This document shows, piece after piece, positions 1-6,900 of a DNA stretch of 11,623 bases. How positions within the stretch are numbered: position 1 is the first letter of the stretch; every line of letters begins with the position of its first letter. A program made the translations under genes and the position numbers. Source of the DNA: Armatimonadota bacterium (GTDB lineage Bacteria; Armatimonadota; Zipacnadia; Zipacnadales; UBA5352); assembly GCA_034722055.1 (NCBI GenBank), contig JAYENL010000087.1, forward strand, positions 1-11,623, in the 5' to 3' direction. The notes below the pieces were generated by a model. The model had not been told where the DNA came from, searched no databases, and saw only the letters and a list, made by a program, of their open reading frames with translations.

Positions 1-1362
1 ATCGAAGCTGCGGATGTACTGCCGCACCTGGTTCACCTGCCAGAGCACGACCCAGGTGGGGTGGTTCGGATCCTCCTCCTCGACCCACTCCTGGTGGGCG
101 ATGAGCCGGTCGAGCATGCTCAGCGGACGCTCATCGTTGAGGTACCACGCAAGCAGCGCGGGGTGGTCGCGGTACTGCCGCACCGTCTCCCGGACGGCCG
201 GCTCCTCATCCTCCACGGAGTCGATGAAGTCCGGCGCCCACTTCGTGCCCGCGTAGAAGTCCTTGATGGAGTAGATGCATTTCAGGCCGTAGCTGTCGAT
301 GAGGTCCATCTTCTCCTCGTTGGGCCGGCCGTAGGGCATGAGGCAGTTGAAGGGCGCCTCCACGTAGGTCTTCAGGTCCTCCTCGGTGACGCCGCCCCAG
401 TACATGCCCAGCGGGAAGAAGGGCTGGCCGTCAACGATCAGCCGGTTGTGCTGGTCGATGTACACCGTGGGCATCGGCCCGGTGCGCCGCACCACGTCAT
501 GCTCGTCGGTCGCCAGGACCCGCTCGGTGTCGTCGCGCACCAGCGAGACCTGGAGCGTGTACTGCCCCGGCTCGAGCTCCGGCAGCGGCATGCTGACCTG
601 ATTCTCGCCCGGCGCAATCGCGTCGATAGCCTGTGACGCCACAGGCCGATCAGCCTCGGCCGGGAGAAGCGACAGCTCCAGCGAGAGCTGCTCCACGCCG
701 ACCTCCAGGTCGTCGGGGATCACCTCGGCCAGGACTTCGGCGACGTCCGGCCCCTCGTCGGTGACCCAGCCCCGGTAGTTGGGCCGCATCAGGACGCACT
801 GCAGAGGGCGCTCGCGGACGATGCGCACGGAGACGTCGTCCCACCAGGCAGTGCCCGTCATCTCCTTGCGCACGTAGCAGACCACGCGGATGTCCGCGGC
901 GCCGTCGGGGATGCGCCGGGAGATGCCGCGAACCTCCGCCCACTCGGTGGTGTCGCCCTTGTACCCGGGCGGGTAGCTGCCACCGAGATACTCTCCGTCG
1001 GCGTCGTACCATTCCAGGCACACCGTGGCGCCGGAGCCCTCGCCCTCGACGCCCTCCGTGCGCACCCAGGCGCTGAGCTCGTAGCGCTTGTCCGGCTGCA
1101 GGTCGATGGCCTGGCTGCACAGCAAGTAGCGCCCGGGATCGTCATTGACATACTTCAGCGATCGCTGGCCGGTCCGCGCGTGCTCCTCGCTGGAGCTGTA
1201 TACCGGCGTCGGCGCGCTCCACTGCGCCGGCCTGCCCTCCTCCAGGCGCTCGAAGCTGGGATTGGCGACCAGGTTCGGTCCGCTTCCTTCGCCCCACTGC
1301 TGCGCCCCGGCCTGCGTCGCTATGAGACACACGGCGGTCGCCATGACTGCCACTCGTAGCAT
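1..1362 (-). CDS. Secreted protein with an N-terminal CBM4/9-like domain and a clan GH-A-like (beta/alpha)8 glycoside hydrolase domain; 3' end lies beyond the window
   Basis: Not in the ORF track because it runs off the edge; translated by hand. ATG at 1362 follows GGAAGGGG. The product begins MLRVAVMATAVCLIATQAGA|QQ (signal-peptide-like). It contains NLVANPSFE...YELSAWVRTEG...GTAWWDDVSV (CBM4/9-like), then LIVDGQPFFPLGMY...YRDHPALLAWYLNDERP...EEDPNHPTW, resembling the GH-A acid/base region. The frame is open to position 1. Confidence 0.8.
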   Translation of the reverse strand, partial: MLRVAVMATAVCLIATQAGAQQWGEGSGPNLVANPSFERLEEGRPAQWSAPTPVYSSSEEHARTGQRSLKYVNDDPGRYLLCSQAIDLQPDKRYELSAWVRTEGVEGEGSGATVCLEWYDADGEYLGGSYPPGYKGDTTEWAEVRGISRRIPDGAADIRVVCYVRKEMTGTAWWDDVSVRIVRERPLQCVLMRPNYRGWVTDEGPDVAEVLAEVIPDDLEVGVEQLSLELSLLPAEADRPVASQAIDAIAPGENQVSMPLPELEPGQYTLQVSLVRDDTERVLATDEHDVVRRTGPMPTVYIDQHNRLIVDGQPFFPLGMYWGGVTEEDLKTYVEAPFNCLMPYGRPNEEKMDLIDSYGLKCIYSIKDFYAGTKWAPDFIDSVEDEEPAVRETVRQYRDHPALLAWYLNDERPLSMLDRLIAHQEWVEEEDPNHPTWVVLWQVNQVRQYIRSFD

Positions 1363-1385
1363 AAGATGCACCCCTTCCTGCCATT

Positions 1386-1408
1386 CGGTCGCGAGACGTC
1401 TCGCACCG
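1386..1408. other. Intergenic palindrome/hairpin
   Basis: Perfect 14-bp palindrome GCGAGACGTCTCGC at 1391-1404, extendable by CGGT/ACCG with one bulge. It sits in the 50-bp gap between the DUF6785 stop and the GH start. There is no U-tract. Confidence 0.6.
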
Positions 1409-1412
1409 CCAC

Positions 1413-3356
1413 CTACCAGTTCATCGGGTAGACCTGCATTCCCTCGATGAAGAAGCCCAACGTGGTGAAGAAGCCGCCATTGATGAGGTCGCCGACCACC
1501 AGTCCCAGGAAGAAGGGGAGCGCCCGGCGGTAGAGCCTCGGCCCGCCGTAGCGCAGGATCAGGGACTTCGCGGCCCACGCCAGCAGGAAGGGGAACCACT
1601 GGGCGCCCATGCTGGGCGTGTTGGCGACGGCGTAGCCCACCGGATGGAACGGCCACCACAAGAAGCGCGTCCGCATGGCGAACAGCCCCAGCGTCACCAC
1701 CAGTCCGCCGCCGACGAAGATGAGCCCCAGCAGGTCGGCCGGCTGCGGCGCCTGCAGGTAGCTGGCCAGGGCCTCGAAGGGCCTCTGCCCCTGCCGCAGC
1801 CGCCAGACCTCGCCCTTTGCGGTGGCCCCCAGCAGGTGCCAGACCCACAGCGCGCCCCAGAAGGCCACCGGGACGCCGACCGCAGTGGCGCCGCCCATCG
1901 CCAGCGTCATGCGGGAGCGGTCGATGGACAGCTCGTGCGCCAGCTTGTAGCCGTCGAGCTGGTGGGGCATGACGACGCAGCGCAGGTCATACGAGGAGAT
2001 GTTGGCGAGGAAGGCCATGACGGTCAGGTCCCGGGGGCCGAACCTGCGCGCGCCGGCGGTCTCCACGATCAGCGAGCTTGGATCCACGCGCGGGCCGAAG
2101 AGCCAGGCGTCGCCGGTCTCCGCCCGGATGCGCGTGGCCGCGGTGAGATAGACCAGCGACAGGCCGATGGTCAGCGCGGCCAGCCACGTGCTCATGCCCG
2201 CAACCTGGGCGAAGCCCACCATGGCGCCGAAGCTCAGCAGCAGGCATACCACCGCCCAGCGGGGCGTGCTGGAACGCCCTTCGGCGTCGGGCGAGAAGGT
2301 CTCCCGCAGGATGGTGGCGAGCTCGGCCCGCCCCACCCAGATGCTCAGCACCGTCAGGCCGACGAAGGCCCCCGCGCCCTGGTGCTCGGCGAAGGGGAAG
2401 CGGCTGAGCCCGCCTGTCCCCCACTCCGAGACGCCGAAGGCCGCCGCCAGCACCCGCGAGAGCTTCCGCGCCAGGTGGAAGAACCAGCACGAGAAGGTGA
2501 CCTCCGCGGTCAGCAGGTAGGCGATGCCGATGACGAAGGGGTAGAACGACAGCCGCAGGCCGCCCATGGCATTCCAGGGCGGGCTCGTGAAGTGCCGGGA
2601 AAGGTTGACGTTCCGCAGCTCCACCTTGGGGATCTGCGGGAAGTTGCGGTTGAGCGTGTTGAGGCCGCCCAGCAGGAAGGGGATCGCCATGCCGATCAGC
2701 GCCACCGGGTTGCGCCAGAAGCCGCCACTGCGCGCGGTCACCTCCAGCGGCACGTAGACCGTGGGGAAGGTCAGGCGCTCGCGGCGGATCCACTGGCCGC
2801 GGACGATGGCGGAGAGGCTCAGCGTGCACAGGGCGAAGACGAAGATGAAGCCGCACCAGATGATCCCCGGCCCCAGCCAGGCGTCCACGGGCAGCGGGCC
2901 GCCCTCGAAGAAGGGCCTGAGCTGCCGGGGATCGCTGGGGGCGATCCACTCCGGGATGTACTCGTGGAACTGCGCCCACTCGTTCTCGGGCGTGGCGAGG
3001 TAGTAGGGTGAGGCCAGCTCCGGGACGATGAAGTGAATCGCTCCCGAGGAGGCCAGCACCGAGCCGGTGGTCGCCATGACGTAGACCACGATCAGCTCGC
3101 GCTGGCTGAGCCCCCAGCGGTGGCTCAGCGCGCCCACCGCGGCGCTGATCGCCAGCACCGCCAGCAGGGCGCTGAAGGCGCCCACGGGCACGGAGGTGTT
3201 GGCCATGGCGGTGTGGCCGCGGCGCCCGCCGAGCACCAGCTCCGCCCAGTGGATCATGGCGATGGCGGTCAGCAGCGCCAGCAGCCCGGCGATCACCGCC
3301 GGGGGCGTGATGGCCGGCCTCTGCTCCGCCGGCGCCTCCGCGCCGGTTGGCGTCAC
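1413..3356 (-). CDS. DUF6785/DUF6784-family multi-pass membrane protein (putative transporter), paralog 1
   Basis: Many hydrophobic segments. Motifs WIRRERLTFPTVYVPLE, FPFAEHQGAGA, RIRAETG, WWPFHPVGY and KSLILRYGG..LYRRALPFFLG are shared with 9381-11360. The start is uncertain (GTG 3356 or GTG 3380). The ORF-track extension to 3518 is translated repeat DNA. Stop TAG at 1413-1415. Confidence 0.8.
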   Translation of the reverse strand: MTPTGAEAPAEQRPAITPPAVIAGLLALLTAIAMIHWAELVLGGRRGHTAMANTSVPVGAFSALLAVLAISAAVGALSHRWGLSQRELIVVYVMATTGSVLASSGAIHFIVPELASPYYLATPENEWAQFHEYIPEWIAPSDPRQLRPFFEGGPLPVDAWLGPGIIWCGFIFVFALCTLSLSAIVRGQWIRRERLTFPTVYVPLEVTARSGGFWRNPVALIGMAIPFLLGGLNTLNRNFPQIPKVELRNVNLSRHFTSPPWNAMGGLRLSFYPFVIGIAYLLTAEVTFSCWFFHLARKLSRVLAAAFGVSEWGTGGLSRFPFAEHQGAGAFVGLTVLSIWVGRAELATILRETFSPDAEGRSSTPRWAVVCLLLSFGAMVGFAQVAGMSTWLAALTIGLSLVYLTAATRIRAETGDAWLFGPRVDPSSLIVETAGARRFGPRDLTVMAFLANISSYDLRCVVMPHQLDGYKLAHELSIDRSRMTLAMGGATAVGVPVAFWGALWVWHLLGATAKGEVWRLRQGQRPFEALASYLQAPQPADLLGLIFVGGGLVVTLGLFAMRTRFLWWPFHPVGYAVANTPSMGAQWFPFLLAWAAKSLILRYGGPRLYRRALPFFLGLVVGDLINGGFFTTLGFFIEGMQVYPMNW

Positions 3357-3466
3357 GCCGCCCTCGAGTGCGATGACCACAGCCTCCGTGTGGGGATGCG
3401 TGGGACGCCGAGGCGCTTCGGCGAGGCGAGGTGGGAGACCTTCGCCGGAGAGAGCGAGTGTTGTTA

Positions 3467-3863
3467 GGAGGGGCGAGCTTCCTTGCTCGCCCGGTCGTTG
3501 TCGTCTGACCGTTCTCAAGCGCGTCGCCGGGACGACGCACGGACAGGAGTGTCCGTGCCACGGAACGATAGGCTGCGCTCAGGCGCCCCTCCGTTCCGGC
3601 GATGCAATGCCCACGTCTGGCGCGTTCGGGGAGGCCGATGTCCGGGGGGCATTCCTGGAGGGGCCGCTCCGAGCGCCGCGCACGCCGGCGCGAGGAGTGA
3701 GGCCCGCGAGGGCCAAAGGTTCCACCCCGGCCCATGCCGGGCGTCTCTGGGAAGGCCCAAACGGCGTGCAGGGGAGGGCCCCTGCACTACTTAACACTTG
3801 GGCCGGGACCGTGTGCGGGAGGACCGGCGCCAACAGGTCCATCCAGCGGCCGGTGTGGAACCT
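3467..3863. repeat. Intergenic cluster of REP-like palindromes
   Basis: GGAG-GGGCGAGC-TTCCTT-GCTCGCCC at 3467-3492. GCACGGACA-GGAG-TGTCCGTGC-CAC at 3537-3561 (GTGG-headed on minus). TGGAGGGGCCG...AGGTTCCACCCCGGCCCA at 3656-3734. GTAGTGCAGGGG-CCCT-CCCCTGCACGCCGT on minus at 3761-3790. Inverted AGGTTCCACACCGGCC on minus at 3848-3863. Confidence 0.85.
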
Positions 3864-3902
3864 GCCGCCTGCGCAAGACGACCAGAGGCCTGCAGTTGCC
3901 GT

Positions 3903-6900
3903 TCAGTAGTACGCGATCTGCCGCCTCTCCCCTCCCCGTGCCGGCGTCTGGCGCAGGATTCTCTCATTCCGATGCGCTGCACTGCCGAGGCTCTTGTCGC
4001 CGACCGGGGCCAGCCTGAAGTCCTGCCACGAGCCGAGGCCAATGACGCGCTCGGCGGTCACCGACAGGTCCAATTTGCCCATGCGCGTGAGCGTGCCCTC
4101 CACGCACAGGACGGGGCTGGTATACAGCGCCCGCCCGCACTCCTGATAGGCCTCCTCGAAGACCGCCACATCCACCAGGCCGACATCGTCCTCGAGCGAG
4201 ATGAAGATGGCGGTGCGGCCGCTGCGGGTGGGCGGCCTAGCGCGGGAGACCACGATCCCCGCCACCCGCACGCGGTCGCCGTCCTCGCACTCCCACAGCC
4301 CCGTGCTGGACGTGACTTCCATCTCGTCGAGACGCTCGCGCCAGAAGCTGAAGGCGTTGCGCGTGGTGCTGACACCGAGGACGTGCAGGTCGGTGGCGAC
4401 GCGCCCCACCTCGGTCATGGGGTCCAGCGACGGCAGCATGCCCACCAGGTCGTCCACGTCGCCGTATGACAGCGTGGGGCTGCTGCGCCGCCCGCGCCGG
4501 TCGGCCACGGCGTCATCCGGCAGCGCGCCCAGCCGCCACATCAGCTCCGGGACGTTCAGCCCCGTGAAGGCGAAGGCCCGGGCCAGCACCAGGTTCTCGA
4601 CCGCCGGCCGCGGGATGCTCGTGCGGCGGCAGAAGTCCTCCAGGGACGCGAAGGCGCCGCCGCGCTCCCGCTCGGCCAGGATGCGCTCCACGCTCCGCTC
4701 CTGCAGCCCCCGCACCATCCACAGCCCCAGGCGGATGTCGCCGGTGGGGTTGTCATCGTACTCCACCAGGCAGCGGTCCTCGCTGCGATTCACGCACGGG
4801 GGCAGGATGCCCGCGCCGCAGCGCTTGGCGTCCTCGGCGACGGTGCGCGGCGGATAGAAGCCCATGGGCTGGCTGGAGAGGATCCCGGCCGCCAGCTCCG
4901 CCGGGTAGTGGGCCTTCAGCCAGGCGGTCTGGTAGGACATCTTGCCGAAGCAGGCCGCGTGGGCCTTGTTGAAGCCGTAGGCCGCGAAGCCCCGGATCAT
5001 GCCGAAGATCTCCTCCGCCACCTCCGGTCGGATGCCGCGCTCGCCGGCGCGGAGCATGAAGCGCTCCTGCAGCTCCTCCAGGTCCTCGGGGGCGATGTCG
5101 CTGGTCATCATCCGGCGCAGCACGTCCGCCTCGCCCAGCGAGAAGCCGCCGATGGCGTGGGCGATGCGCAGCACCTGCTCCTGATAGATGACCACGCCGA
5201 AGGTGCTCTGCAGGATGGGCTCGAGGTCCGGGTGGGGGTAGGTGACCTGCTGCAGGCCGTGCTTGCGCAGCACATACGGGGTGATCATGTCGGCCTGCAC
5301 CGGCCCGGGGCGAAACAGCGAGATGTTGGCGACGATGTCCTCGAACTCGGTCGGCTGGGTGCGGCCGAGCAGGTTCCGCTGACCGGGGCTCTCGAGCTGG
5401 AACAGCCCCACGGTGCGGGTGCCGCGCAAGAGCTGGTAGGTCGGCTCGTCATCCAGCGGGAGGGCGTCGAGGTCCGGGCGAACGCCCTCACGGCCCTCGA
5501 TGTGATCCAGGGCATCCTCGATGGCGGAGTGGATGCGCAGGCCGAGGATGTCCATCTTCACCAGCCCCAGCGCCTCCACGTCATCCTTGTCGAACTGGGC
5601 GATGACGATGCCCTTGTTCGCCAGCTCCAGGGGCACCATCTCGGTCAGCGGCCTGGCGCCGATGAGCAGCCCGCCGACGTGCACCGACAGGTGCCGCGGG
5701 AAGCCGGAGATCTCCCGGCACAGCTCGATGAGCAGCCGCTTGTCCTCCACATCCAGCTCGGCGTCGCGGACCTCGGGGTACTTCTCGATGGCCTCGGCGA
5801 TGTCGGCGGCGCGGATGTGCGGGAAGACTGAGGCCAGCTTGCCGATCTCCTCCTCCGGGAAGCCGAGGGCCTTGCCGATCTCCCGAATCGCCGAGCGGGC
5901 GCGGAAGGTGTTGACGGTGCAGACCGCGGCCACTTGCTCGGCGCCGTACTTGTCGTAGATGTACTTGGTGACCTCATCGCGGCGGCGGGTGTCGAAGTCC
6001 ACGTCGATGTCCGGCATGTTCCGGCGCTTGGGGTTGAGGAAGCGCTCGAAGAGCAGGTCGTTGGCGATGGGATCCGCGAGCGTGATGCCCAGCACGTAGC
6101 TGACGATGGAGTCCCCGGCAGAGCCGCGGCCCGAGCAGCGGATGCCCTGCTCGCGGGCGAAGCGCACGATGTCCCAGACGATCAGGAAATAGTCTGAGAG
6201 GCCCTTATCCTCGATGATGGACAGCTCGTGCTCGAGGCGCTCGCGGACTTGGCCGGTGACGTGGCCGTAGAGGCGCGCGGCGCCATGATAGCACAGCCGG
6301 CGGAGGTACTGGCGCGTGCCCTCGCCCTCGCGGGGAGGCGGATACGAGACGGCGGCGGGGGATGCCGTTTCCGTTGTAGGGCGCGGACCCGGGAGGTCGC
6401 TTCGCGACCTCGGGGAGTTTGCTGTGCAAACTCCAGTAGCGCTCGCACTACGAGCGCAGCCGCGCCGGCCGTTGCCGTCATCCGCTGCCGTTATGTCGTA
6501 CGGAGGGGCGGGCTTCCCAGCCCGCCCGCCGTTGTCGTCTGTCGTTGCCGTTGTAGGGCGCGGACCTGTGCCGCGCCCGCCGTCGTCGTCTGCCGTTACC
6601 GTCGCGTCGTACGGAGGGGTGGGCTGCCCAGCCCGCCCGGCCGTTTGTCGTTTGTCGTTGCCGCCGTGCCGTCGCCGCAGGTTACAGCGGGCCTGTGGCC
6701 CCCTGGCGGGCGAGGGCGCCCGCCTCCCATAATGAAGGGAACGGCGGGCCGGACGGTGGTCCGGCCCCTCCATACGGCAAGGCAACGGCAATCGCCCTGC
6801 ATCCGGAGCCGTTATGCCGTACGGAGCGGGGGGCTTCCCAGCCCGCCCGCCGTTGTCGTCTGTCGTTGCCGTTGTAGGGCGCGGACCTGTGCCGCGCCAG

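Noticed and set aside
3381..3518. N-terminal extension of DUF6785 paralog 1 (similarly 11361-11618 for paralog 2)
   Set aside because: These extensions run through REP-like hairpins, and better starts with RBS-like sequences lie downstream.
6376..6466. tRNA (cloverleaf shape)
   Set aside because: The loops are 3-5 nt; there is no 7-nt anticodon loop, T-loop GTTCRA, D-loop GG or CCA.
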